Assembly: GCA_963695345.1 (NCBI GenBank)
Contig: OY968769.1
Location: forward strand, 416,001-480,000
Direction: 5' to 3'
Source: an uncultured Methanomassiliicoccales archaeon
GTDB taxonomy: Archaea; Thermoplasmatota; Thermoplasmata; Methanomassiliicoccales; UBA472
Length of the DNA stretch: 64,000 bases
Part shown: piece after piece, positions 19,446 through 29,497 of the stretch
How the letters are laid out: every line of letters begins with the position of its first letter
Numbering within the stretch: position 1 is the first letter of the stretch
Made by a program: the position numbers and the translations under genes
The notes under the pieces: generated by a model
What the model was told of the DNA's origin: nothing
The model's input: the letters and a program-made list of their open reading frames with translations, nothing else
Database searches by the model: none

Positions 19446-20963
19446 ATGTTTAATACAGGATTGACGAATGAAGATTGCATTGGAGATGACCCGTTGCTAG
19501 AAGAACTGGACCTTGACAGGGGCATGGGAGACAAGGAGTTCTCGAAGAGGATGGACCTGCTCAGGCCCAGATTGGGTGAGATGCTGCGCAAGGCCAGGGA
19601 TTCTAATCGCCCGGTCATGGTGGTCTTTGAGGGCTGGGACTCGACCTGCATGAGCAGGATCGTCAATGATTACATCCGTTGTCTGGACCCGAGAGGTTTC
19701 GATCTCCATGCCATTGGTGAGCCCACCGAAGAGGAGATGGACCATCCTTTCATGTGGCGCTTCATGGTCCGCACTCCGGAAAGGGGAAGGATGGGTATCT
19801 TCGACCAAAGCTGGTACTCCAGAACTCTAGAGGAGAGGCTTGGGCATAATGAGGATGCGGTGCCGCTGCGGTCTTTGGAGGAGATATTGTCATTCGAACG
19901 GGAGATGGCCGCTGACCACTGCACCATAATCAAGTATTTCCTGCACATGAGCAAGAAGGAGCACCGAAAAAGGCAGGAGAAGGTCCACAAAGGCGGAGCC
20001 AAGCGCTGCGTGCTTACCCGGGACACTCTAGACCATCACCGGGAATATGAAACGTTCCTTCCCATCGTCGAAGGCATGCTTGAAAGAACTTCCCGCCCCT
20101 ATGCTCCCTGGACGCCAGTGGAGGCAGAGGATGACAACTTCGCCTTGTGCAAAGTGATAGAGCACAGCATATCCGTTCTGGAGCGATCGACCGGAAATAG
20201 TGACGAAAACACCGCCCTGACCCGCAGCACTGGCAGATATCCGGTGAAGCCAATGTCGCTCAAGGACATAGACCTCTCGGTAACTGCTGACCCAGACGAA
20301 TACAAGGAAAAACTGAAGAAATACCAGGAGAAGGTGGCCGAGCTCCAATGCCAGATGGCCTCGGCAAAGGCCCCCATGGTCATCGCGTTCGAAGGGTGGG
20401 ACGCGGCTGGGAAAGGGGGCGCGATATTAAGGCTTACGGACAATCTGGACCCGAGAGGCTACCGGGTGGTCCCGATATTCGCCCCAAACGACATCGAATT
20501 GGCGCATCACTACCTGTGGCGTTTCCATACCAGACTGCCGAGGAATGGTCACATAGCCATATTCGATCGCACCTGGTACGGAAGAGTGCTGGTTGAACGC
20601 GTGGAAGGTTATGCTGAACCAGAGGTCTGGGAGAGGGCGTACACCGAGATCAACGAGATGGAGGAGATGCTGGCGGACTCCGGGACCGCCATGGTGAAGA
20701 TCTGGCTCCAGATAGATAAGGAAACCCAGTTGAAGCGATTCAAGGAAAGGGAGACCGAGGCGGACAAACAATGGAAGATCACTCCGGATGATTGGAGGAA
20801 CCGAGAGAAATGGGACCAGTACGAGGCCGCGGTCGAGGATATGCTCATGAGGACATCCACCAAGAAGGCGCCCTGGACCGTGGTGGAATCCAATGACAAG
20901 TACTATGCTAGGCTCAAAGTCCTCAGGACGGTCATCGAAGCGGCGGAGCATGTGCTGGAATGA
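19446..20963 (+). CDS. pap: Two-domain PPK2, polyphosphate:AMP phosphotransferase
   Basis: Two PPK2 domains; FEGWDAAGKGG, LDPRG, FDRTWYGRVLVERVEG, WKITPDDW. Start uncertain. Confidence 0.88.
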   Translation: MFNTGLTNEDCIGDDPLLEELDLDRGMGDKEFSKRMDLLRPRLGEMLRKARDSNRPVMVVFEGWDSTCMSRIVNDYIRCLDPRGFDLHAIGEPTEEEMDHPFMWRFMVRTPERGRMGIFDQSWYSRTLEERLGHNEDAVPLRSLEEILSFEREMAADHCTIIKYFLHMSKKEHRKRQEKVHKGGAKRCVLTRDTLDHHREYETFLPIVEGMLERTSRPYAPWTPVEAEDDNFALCKVIEHSISVLERSTGNSDENTALTRSTGRYPVKPMSLKDIDLSVTADPDEYKEKLKKYQEKVAELQCQMASAKAPMVIAFEGWDAAGKGGAILRLTDNLDPRGYRVVPIFAPNDIELAHHYLWRFHTRLPRNGHIAIFDRTWYGRVLVERVEGYAEPEVWERAYTEINEMEEMLADSGTAMVKIWLQIDKETQLKRFKERETEADKQWKITPDDWRNREKWDQYEAAVEDMLMRTSTKKAPWTVVESNDKYYARLKVLRTVIEAAEHVLE

Positions 20964-21122
20964 TATTCGCCAACCAAATAAACCCGATAATCACATGTTC
21001 GTTGGAATGATCGAATTCTGATTTTTTCGGTCATCCGAGGGGTTATTGAGCACGTTCGGATACTCCGACCGATTTCCGGCTCCCAACCGTAAGTATATCA
21101 TAGGTGGTCGTGTTGGTGGGCC

Positions 21123-21281
21123 ATGGCGCATAGCCCCGGCATAATGTTAGACAGTCAGGTAAAAGGACGATTCAGACCCGTTTATTGTCAAGAGAAGCGA
21201 GATGTCTGCCGGACCAAGAAGTGTCAATCGTATGACCCGCACAAACAGAAGTGCCTGCTCCTCAATATCGAGCTCAACTGA
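21123..21281 (+). CDS. Unannotated 52-aa Cys-rich small protein
   Basis: MAHSPGIMLDSQVKGRFRPVYCQEKRDVCRTKKCQSYDPHKQKCLLLNIELN*; TATA-like AAGTATAT near 21091 and GGTGG before the ATG. Confidence 0.5.
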   Translation: MAHSPGIMLDSQVKGRFRPVYCQEKRDVCRTKKCQSYDPHKQKCLLLNIELN

Positions 21282-21589
21282 TCGGCCAGATCAACCATTT
21301 GCGCCATCCCGGTGTTCTCTCGGATGTCGTGGATGAACACGGCCACCCGGCCATCCATTTTGTGACCCTTTCGTAGATCAGACCTAGGGCTCTTGTTACG
21401 GACATAAACCTCGATAACCGCCCAGGATATGGCCCCGATCAGGGATGCCCTTGTTTCGGCCCTTGGAAGAAGGAATAACCTTGATAATTTATTTCTCACT
21501 CCATTATTTATTTGTTAAATATCGAATATATTAAAAGAACCTTGAAATAATCGTGATGAGGATGTGAAATTGACCAGAGGCTGCCACAC

Positions 21590-21874
21590 ATGACAAGGAC
21601 GATCATTGATGTAGAACTGGGTAAGACATTTCATATCAAGGTGGAGGCCACACCTTCCACCGGTTACGTTTGGGCTCCAGTGTATGACAAGGAGTTCCTG
21701 AACTTGCTTGGCGAAGAGTTCGAGAGGACGTCGAATGCGATAGGAGGCGGTGGGATCCTCGAGTTCTCCTTTCTTGCTTTGAGAACCGGGAAGACCGACA
21801 TCGCACTCCAGTTGCGGCGCCCGTGGGAGGCGGACGTGGCCGAGACCCGATATTTTGAAATTGAAATCCTTTAA
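21590..21874 (+). CDS. Chagasin/I42 family cysteine protease inhibitor
   Basis: TPSTGYVW, IGGGG and RRPWE match the three I42 inhibitory loops. Confidence 0.85.
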   Translation: MTRTIIDVELGKTFHIKVEATPSTGYVWAPVYDKEFLNLLGEEFERTSNAIGGGGILEFSFLALRTGKTDIALQLRRPWEADVAETRYFEIEIL

Positions 21875-22795
21875 CCTTCCGGCGCTCACAATCCATTTTG
21901 GTCAAGCACGGTACAATGGAGATTACGCGCAAACACTACGAAACGCGACCGTTTCAAAACCTCATTGCGTTAACGATCGGGGGAGAGGCGCAGGCCTCTG
22001 AGACCTCCCAGTGATCAAACCACGATCTTGACCTGGGGGCACGGCCGGCGGTTGCAGTAAGTCACGTGGTGGTCCGGGTCGAGGATCATCTCGCTAGCCG
22101 GCCGCGCCATCAGCAATCAGTCTAGTTTGGTTAAACGCCTTTCGAGACAGTTATCAACGGGTGGAAAAACATAATCGATAATAAGGACCCAGGTCGAGGT
22201 ACGCCGTCGCCCCGGGAGGAGGGGTATAATGAGAAACGACGGCGCAATATGATTTAGCACGCCATATAATAAGATTCTTTCGCTCGTCACGATGGAGCAA
22301 GGTCGAAATCCACTGAAATGATCAAAAAGGTCCACGATAACCACCGCCATGAGAGAGCCTATTTATCATCTCGAGACAATGGAAATAACTTGTTTTCGAT
22401 CGAAAAAGGATATTTCAGGACCCCGCTTTCTCATCATCGGGGCGGGATTCTCTGCCAGTGTTTGGTAGGCAGGCCGGGAGAACATAGATGGCTAAATTTC
22501 TGTTGTCCGGCCATGCCTGATCATCTGAACCATATCCTGATTTGATATACCTACTTGACCGGTTCTTGTTTCTGATAATCATTGGTCAATAGAAATCACT
22601 GCTGGAGTGTTGGAGACATCAAGAAAAAGGGTCTGTGTCCCCTAGCACTTTCCCGTAACCCGCGCAGGTCTGATGCCGATGAGGAATGGACAATCCCGAT
22701 TGGCCCCCGGATAGGACGCCAGTAGGAGGAGACAAGCATAATCATATAAGGATGTGTCAATATCGGACAAATAGAAAAGAGAAAACGTGAATTTA

Positions 22796-24212
22796 ATGAC
22801 CGCGACTTTCGAATCACTAAACTTTGAACCGTACATCATGAAGGCCATTGAAAAGATGGGCTTCGAAGAACCGACCCCAGTGCAGGTTGAGACGATCCCC
22901 CTTCTAATGGAGGGAAAGGATGTCATGGCCCAGGCCCAAACCGGAACGGGCAAGACGGCAGCGTTCGGAATCCCGATATTGCAGAAACTTACCTGCGGCA
23001 GGAAGCCCTCGGCGCTCATTCTGGTCCCGACTAGGGAGCTGGGCGTGCAAGTGGCGGCTGAGATCAGCCGATTGGCGGAGTTCATGAAGGGGGTTAGCAT
23101 CCTTCCGATCTATGGAGGTCGCTCCCTGGACGAGCAGTTCCGTGCCCTGGAACGGGGGGTCGACATCGTGGTCGCCACTCCGGGCCGTCTGATGGACCAC
23201 ATGCAGAGGAAGACCATCGACCTCAGCGAGGTTCAGTTCCTCGTTCTCGATGAGGCCGACCGCATGCTTGACATGGGATTCATCGAAGACATCGATTATA
23301 TCCTGTCGAAGTTGCCCACAGCAGCGCCAGTCGATGCTGTTCTCGGCAACGATCCCGGAATCGGTCCGGAAGATCGCCGCCGAGCACATGCACGATCCGA
23401 TCAGGGTCATAGTCAGTGAGGACAAGCTGGTCCTTCCTTCCACCCGGCAGATCTATTTCAACATCGAGAGGAAGAACAAGATATGGGCGCTGTGCCGTGT
23501 GCTGGACAAGTACCAGCCTAAGGCCATGGTGTTCGCCCAGACGAAGATGATGGTCAACACCATCGAGCGGGTTCTGAAATCCTACGGCTATCCGGTGGCG
23601 TCCCTTCACGGCGATCTCACCCAGTCGAGGAGGGAGAAGGTGCTCGGCGACTTCCGCGCCGGGAAGATCCAGGTGTTGATCGCAACGGACGTGGCCGCCC
23701 GTGGTTTGGACATCGAGGACGTCACCCACGTTATCAACTTCGATATCCCCGAGGACCCTGAAGTGTACGTCCACCGCATCGGCAGGACTGGAAGGGCAGG
23801 GAAGGAAGGCGTCGCCATAACGTTCATCACCGCCCGTGAGATGTATCTCCTGAAGAAGATCAAGGAGTTCGGGGTCGTCGAGATGCTGGAAGAACCGGTC
23901 CCCGAGTCCGGCCAGAAGGACGTGGTCCGTAGGGTCGTCGATTTCGAAGCCTATTCGGACATTTTCGGCATGGTCAAGTTCCGGGTCTCCCTGGGGGAGA
24001 AAGACCATATCCGTTCGATCGATATCGTGGATATCCTGTCCCGGCGTCTCCGGGTGAACGAGATGTCGATCGGCAACATCGAGATCCACGATGAGTACAC
24101 CGAGGTGGAAGTGCATAAGGACGCGGCGTTAAAAGCGCTGACCGGTCTGAGGGCGATGGATATCAACGGAAAGAAGCTCCATGTGGACATGGTGCCGGTA
24201 AAGAACTTCTAG
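22796..24212 (+). CDS. deaD: DEAD-box RNA helicase with DbpA-type C-terminal domain; frameshift near 23320
   Basis: Q motif, AQTGTGKT, PTREL, TPGR, DEAD, SAT, ARGLD, HRIGRTGRAG. Confidence 0.92.
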
Positions 24213-24258
24213 TCGGTTCAAAAAAAGAAATCTTCAGGGGCATCCGGCCCCGTAAGGT

Positions 24259-25566
24259 TTACTTCTTCCATCCCGGGATGTTCACGTATTTCCTCCAGCC
24301 TTTCTGCTTGCCCGGCCTCTTTGGCATTCCGGTCAGGACTATATCCTTCTTGAACATGCTGACCGCGATGAACATGGTCACCGAGGCGAAGATCGCCTCG
24401 TAGACGATCCCGGCAATGACGATACCGCTGTTACCGAACATCAGGGAACGCATGGCGATCATCGGATGCGAGAACGGTATGGCGAACACCAGCGCCTGGC
24501 CTGCGGCCGGCAGCGTGTCGAAGTCGGCGAAGATCAGCACGAACATGGGGATCAGCGCCAGGAACGTGATAGGCATGGTCATCGTCTGCGCCGCCTTGTA
24601 GTTCTTGGTGAATATGCCCAGCAACATGCAGAGCGCCAGCGCCGAGATGAGCGCCAGGAACAGGGATATTCCGACCAGGATGTAGTCGAATATGCCCAGG
24701 CTGATACCGTACTTGCTCAGATCGACCGCCGAATTGGCGGTCAGCGAGTTCATGTAGTAGCCCATGCCGATCATGTAGATGACCGCCATGATGAGGCCGA
24801 CGATGGCCGCCCCGGCCAATTTTCCGACAACGATCGAAGAACGCCTTACTGGAAGGGTGAGCAGGGTCTCGAGGGTCTTGTTCTCCTTCTCGGTTCCCAT
24901 GGAGGTTATGACCATGCTGCCGGCCATGATGACCACCATGACGATGATCAGGGGGACGACGATGCCTTGTCCAACCATCACCGCCGATATTGACGCCGGG
25001 GATATCCCGCTCAACTCCCTGCCCTTGAACACGGTCGTTTCCGAGATATGCGTGGGGCTAAGTATGACAGCGGCGCTCAACTGGCTCTTCTGATCTATCA
25101 GGTAGGTCGATATGTTATGGTTCATCTGGGCCAGGGTCAGGCTGACGATCGAGGATTGCACTCCCTCGAGCGCTCCCGCCCCCTTCATCATCCAATAGAC
25201 CTGAACCAGTGCCGACTGGTTTGCGGAGATCCGTTGGCTGAAATTGGCGGGGAATATGATCAGGGCCGCCCCATTGTCCGACTGTATCTTGCTCAATCCT
25301 TCCTGTACCTTCGAAACATCCGTCCCATTGTACGAGAAGATGATCCTCGAGGTCCCATTAAGCGACGAAAAGGCTATGCCGGAGAGATCGGACTGGCCCT
25401 GGTCGATGACCCCGATGACCGGTTTCTCCTGGAGGCTCTTCTGAGTGCCGCCGATGACGCCACCCAAGGAAGCGAATATCACCGCCATGATGATGATCGG
25501 TATCAACGTGGCGGGCGTCAGCAGCTCCTTGACCTCCTTCTTGATGATGTTGCCCAGGCTGCTCAT
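24259..25566 (-). CDS. ABC-2 type exporter permease (NatB-like)
   Basis: EKENKTLETLLTLP, 6 TM segments, extracellular domain; overlaps the ATPase stop. Confidence 0.88.
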   Translation of the reverse strand: MSSLGNIIKKEVKELLTPATLIPIIIMAVIFASLGGVIGGTQKSLQEKPVIGVIDQGQSDLSGIAFSSLNGTSRIIFSYNGTDVSKVQEGLSKIQSDNGAALIIFPANFSQRISANQSALVQVYWMMKGAGALEGVQSSIVSLTLAQMNHNISTYLIDQKSQLSAAVILSPTHISETTVFKGRELSGISPASISAVMVGQGIVVPLIIVMVVIMAGSMVITSMGTEKENKTLETLLTLPVRRSSIVVGKLAGAAIVGLIMAVIYMIGMGYYMNSLTANSAVDLSKYGISLGIFDYILVGISLFLALISALALCMLLGIFTKNYKAAQTMTMPITFLALIPMFVLIFADFDTLPAAGQALVFAIPFSHPMIAMRSLMFGNSGIVIAGIVYEAIFASVTMFIAVSMFKKDIVLTGMPKRPGKQKGWRKYVNIPGWKK

Positions 25567-26312
25567 TGTACCGCCCTCACGAAGACTTCCTCGATGTTGG
25601 TCACGTCGTATTTCTTCTTCAGTTCGGCGGGTGTCCCCATCTCAATTATCTTCCCATCGTTTATGAGCGCGATCCGGTCGCACATGAGCTCCACCTCAAG
25701 CATGTTATGTGACGAGAGCAGGACCGTCGTCCCTTCCTTCACCGTCTCCCTCACGGTGCGCCTGACCTCCTGTGCGTTCAGCACGTCCAGGCCGGATGTC
25801 AGCTCGTCGAGTATGGCCACCTTGGGGCTGATCATCAGCGCCCTCGCCACCAGCAGTCGCCGGGCCATGCCCTTGCTGTAGGTCTCGACCTTGTCATCGA
25901 TCCTCTCGTCCAGCCGGGCTATCTTCAGTCCGCGTCCGACCATATTCTTCTGCTCGGCGCTCTCCCCGAAGAAGGCGGCGATGAACTCCAGGTAATCCCG
26001 TCCGGTGAGGTTCTTGTATGCCCCTGCATCCTCCGGAAGGTAGCTGATGATCTTCCTCACCTCATCGGCCTTCGTGGCCAGGTCATTACCGTAGACCTTG
26101 ATCGAGCCGGACGTGATCTCCAGAAGCGTGGCGAGGATCCTCAGGGTCGTGGTCTTTCCGGCCCCGTTCGGACCGATCAGACCGAAGACCTCCCCCTCGT
26201 TCACGTTGAATGATATTCCCTTGACGGCGGTTATCCCGCCATAGCTCTTGACGAGGTCTTTCACCTCAATCGCGTACATCTCTTTGCCCCCAGATGACCG
26301 GACATCGGTCAC
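25563..26312 (-). CDS. ABC exporter ATP-binding subunit (NatA-like)
   Basis: GPNGAGKT, YSKGM, LDELTSGLD, SSH; alternative start at 26279. Confidence 0.92.
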   Translation of the reverse strand: MTDVRSSGGKEMYAIEVKDLVKSYGGITAVKGISFNVNEGEVFGLIGPNGAGKTTTLRILATLLEITSGSIKVYGNDLATKADEVRKIISYLPEDAGAYKNLTGRDYLEFIAAFFGESAEQKNMVGRGLKIARLDERIDDKVETYSKGMARRLLVARALMISPKVAILDELTSGLDVLNAQEVRRTVRETVKEGTTVLLSSHNMLEVELMCDRIALINDGKIIEMGTPAELKKKYDVTNIEEVFVRAVQ

Positions 26313-26384
26313 ATTGGAATCGAAGCTAGTATGATTAATCTTTGCTAAGGGAATCCACGTCCAATATGTGTTCCCGAGCCGGGA

Positions 26385-26861
26385 TCATCTTATCCTTTCG
26401 ACCTTGCCCCGGTGGGTCGACACCATCTCTGCATGATGCCCCTCATCAACGGTAAGGTCATCGAGCGCTTTCATGAACAGCTCCTTCTTTCCCGGGAGCA
26501 GCAGTTCTTCCATATCAGCACCCTCCAGAGATTCCCGTATCAACGAGTAAGTGTCGAGCATCAGGACCTCGGTCTGATAGAGTTCGTCCATTATCTCCAG
26601 GTGCTCCTTGCCAGAAAAATTGAATCGGGTCGGAGATAGCGGGATCAGCTCCCCCGGGTTGGAGACGTTGACCATCTTGATCATGTCATTGATCATTCCT
26701 TTATGCTTGGCCGATTCGGCCAGCATCTTGAAGAGCATGCGGCGGAAATCACGGTCCTTGGTGACGAGATAGGCCTCCCATTGACCGACGGATTCGAATC
26801 CCTCCTCTATCTGCAAGGCCCGCTTGAGCAGTTCCGCCAGTTCGTCACCGTCGCTTATCAC
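26385..26861 (-). CDS. Ferritin-like (rubrerythrin-type) di-iron four-helix protein
   Basis: ALQIEE...ESAKH...QTEV...DEGHH, i.e. E/ExxH twice. Confidence 0.7.
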   Translation of the reverse strand: MISDGDELAELLKRALQIEEGFESVGQWEAYLVTKDRDFRRMLFKMLAESAKHKGMINDMIKMVNVSNPGELIPLSPTRFNFSGKEHLEIMDELYQTEVLMLDTYSLIRESLEGADMEELLLPGKKELFMKALDDLTVDEGHHAEMVSTHRGKVERIR

Positions 26862-27025
26862 GATAGACCGACGATAGAAGAATGACAGTGGTATAAGCAA
26901 TACCGGCTCTGATTATCCCGATATCTGGCGGACCGCGGTCGAACCTCCCCCGCTGTTCCGGAGCTTTTCCAGGTTCTGGTGGGAGATCGGAGAGTTGAGG
27001 ACACGACCCGTTCGGTCATGAACCA

Positions 27026-28147
27026 TCATGTCGGATACTCATCGGGAGAACGCGGGACTATCGTCCAGCTCTTCGTCCACCAATACACCAGCGAAGACAT
27101 CGTGATGGTGGCCATGATGATGACCGTCACCGACCACACCATCATCCCGAAATCGAGACCGATCACGAACCCGAATATCGTGGCGAGCGTGTTCGGAACC
27201 AGGAGTGCCGTTCCCAGCACGGTCATCCAGGTCAGCGCAAGTATCATTCGGTTGTTGATTGTCAGCAATTGATTGTTGTACAGGGCCTGAAGCACGTTCA
27301 TTCCGGAGACCAGCACCTCGGACATGTTCTCCGACAGCTCTACCTGGCGGGAAACGTTTTCGCTCATGAGGTTCAGCCTGCCCAATATCTTCTGTTTGTC
27401 ATCGATCAGTTCCGCGTCGCCATATCGGAGGGAGTTGATGACATCCAGAAGGTGCCACAATGTGCTCAGGTAGACTATGGTGGTATGCTTGACCTGGAAG
27501 ATCCGTTTCCCCACGTCCTTGACGTGGATGGTCATTTCCGAAAGCTCGTAGCCGACGGAGTCCGCATGGTCCTCGATGAAACGCAATTGGTCAAAATGAT
27601 CATTGCAGTTCTCATCCAACAGCCTTATCAGGAACATGGTCCTTTTTTCAGACAGGGTCAGCGAGGGGTTCATCTTGCTTAGGTAAGTGTCCGCGTAGCG
27701 CGAAAACTGCACCAGGTGGGATGCCGCCACTCCATGGATGGTGAGTATCAGGTTTTCCTTGACCAGGAAATAGCTCGGCTCTATCTCTGGTTCAGGCCGT
27801 TCCACCCTCACGGAAGGAATCCTCATGCCCAGCTCGGTCTCCAGGTCGACATACTCGGAAAGTTTGTCGGTCCTCAGCGAATCCATCAGCGACCTTGAGA
27901 AACCGAAGCCCAGGGCAACCTCCGCCGCATCCTCGATGTCCGATGCCGTGTGGTCCACCCAGGTGAACGATCCTCGGGCGGCCATGTCGATCGCCTTGGA
28001 CATGACCAGGTCATAGTGTTTGACGATGTTGCAGGAAGGCAGGACACTGACAATGATGGTGGCGGAAACGCCTGGCGTGGATCGGGTCCCGGTGACCCGG
28101 CACACATCCCCTATCGGGATCGATTCCCGAACCTCGTTCACATCCAT
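27026..28147 (-). CDS. CorA-family divalent cation transporter (paralogue 2)
   Basis: Large soluble domain plus two C-terminal TMs (NNRMILALTWMTVLGTALLVPNTLATIFG). Confidence 0.85.
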   Translation of the reverse strand: MDVNEVRESIPIGDVCRVTGTRSTPGVSATIIVSVLPSCNIVKHYDLVMSKAIDMAARGSFTWVDHTASDIEDAAEVALGFGFSRSLMDSLRTDKLSEYVDLETELGMRIPSVRVERPEPEIEPSYFLVKENLILTIHGVAASHLVQFSRYADTYLSKMNPSLTLSEKRTMFLIRLLDENCNDHFDQLRFIEDHADSVGYELSEMTIHVKDVGKRIFQVKHTTIVYLSTLWHLLDVINSLRYGDAELIDDKQKILGRLNLMSENVSRQVELSENMSEVLVSGMNVLQALYNNQLLTINNRMILALTWMTVLGTALLVPNTLATIFGFVIGLDFGMMVWSVTVIIMATITMSSLVYWWTKSWTIVPRSPDEYPT

Positions 28148-28170
28148 TCGATCAGTTCCGTGGTCTGCCA

Positions 28171-29268
28171 CTAGTTGACGTACTCGTCCGCCTTTTTCGG
28201 AAGGTTGACCCGCTTCTTCACCCACCAGTATGCCAGCAGCGTCGAGTTCACCGTGGCGATGGTGATGACCCCCAGGGTCCACACCAAGGTATGAATGTCA
28301 ACGTTAAGGGCGTAGCCGAAGATCGTGGCCAACGTGTTCGGTACCAGGACCGCCGTGCCCAATATCGTCAGCCAGGTCATGGTCAGCGACATCCGGTTGT
28401 TCAGGATCTGCAGCTGGTTGTTATACAGCGACTGCAGCACTTCGAGCCCGGATGCCAATACTTCGGACATATGCTCCGACAGTGATATCTGCCGGTTCAG
28501 GTCATCCGCCAGCAGACCGATCTTGCTCAGGACCTTCTGGTTGTCGGTGATGGTTTCGGCATCGCCGTAACGAAGCGAATTGACCACATCGAGGGTGCGC
28601 CACAGGGTGTTCAGGTAGGTGATCAGCGAATGTTTCATGCCGTAGATCTGTTTCCCTACCTGGGTTCGCGGCGAGCTCGGGTCGACCAGGACCTGGCTCA
28701 TCTCATCGGCCTGTTCCTCGATCTCCCTCAGCTGCTCGAAATTCCTGGTGTTGTTCTCGTCTATTATGCGGAAAAGGGTCATGGTGAGCTTGTCCTCGGC
28801 CGGCATGACATCGGGGAGCTTCTTGAGGTAGATGTCCGCGTATCGGGAGAACTGGACCAATCTTTGCACATCTTTGTCGTGGATCGTCAGGATCAGGTTC
28901 TTCTTGACCAGAATGAGCAGTGGATATACCATGAACTCGAGCCCTCTGACCCGGACGGCCGGGACCATGATGCCCAGTTCTGTCTCGCGGTCTTCGTATG
29001 CGGCGTAGTATCCATTCAACAGGGTGGGTACCAGGGACTCGCCGAAACCGTACATGGTCGCGACCGCCGTTCCATCCTTTTCCAGGTCGTCCACCCCACA
29101 GTTGAGCCAAGACAGCGATGACCCGTTAACGGTGGGGATGAACTCGCTGGGAGACTGACTTGAAGCTTTTACCGGACGATTACTTCCCAGGGGAATGGAA
29201 ACACAGATCACCCTGGCCATCCCCTTGCCGTTCTGCTCCGCCTCGGGTGCCCCGTTCACCGGTTTCAC
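28171..29268 (-). CDS. CorA-family divalent cation transporter (paralogue 1)
   Basis: NNRMSLTMTWLTILGTAVLVPNTLATIFG, LILTIH; clearly similar to the neighbour. Confidence 0.85.
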   Translation of the reverse strand: MKPVNGAPEAEQNGKGMARVICVSIPLGSNRPVKASSQSPSEFIPTVNGSSLSWLNCGVDDLEKDGTAVATMYGFGESLVPTLLNGYYAAYEDRETELGIMVPAVRVRGLEFMVYPLLILVKKNLILTIHDKDVQRLVQFSRYADIYLKKLPDVMPAEDKLTMTLFRIIDENNTRNFEQLREIEEQADEMSQVLVDPSSPRTQVGKQIYGMKHSLITYLNTLWRTLDVVNSLRYGDAETITDNQKVLSKIGLLADDLNRQISLSEHMSEVLASGLEVLQSLYNNQLQILNNRMSLTMTWLTILGTAVLVPNTLATIFGYALNVDIHTLVWTLGVITIATVNSTLLAYWWVKKRVNLPKKADEYVN

Positions 29269-29497
29269 CGGTGCGGCCTCGCCAGGTTTAGATCCGATCT
29301 TCCATTGACGTCCCTCCGCGTTTAAATATTAAAGCGACCTGGTATCCGGCAAGGACGATATACCCTTTTTGGAGAGATTCTCTTATATCCTGAGGATCGT
29401 CCAGGGACGCCACTCGAAAAATGGATGGAGAGCGTGTTTCGTACCTCGGCGGGACACCCGAACCCCCTCTGATCCGGATGGCATTTCAAAGGAGCCT

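Noticed and set aside
21224-21499. 91-aa minus-strand ORF
   Set aside because: Starts in AT-rich promoter DNA, has no motif, and overlaps the better-supported Cys-rich plus-strand ORF
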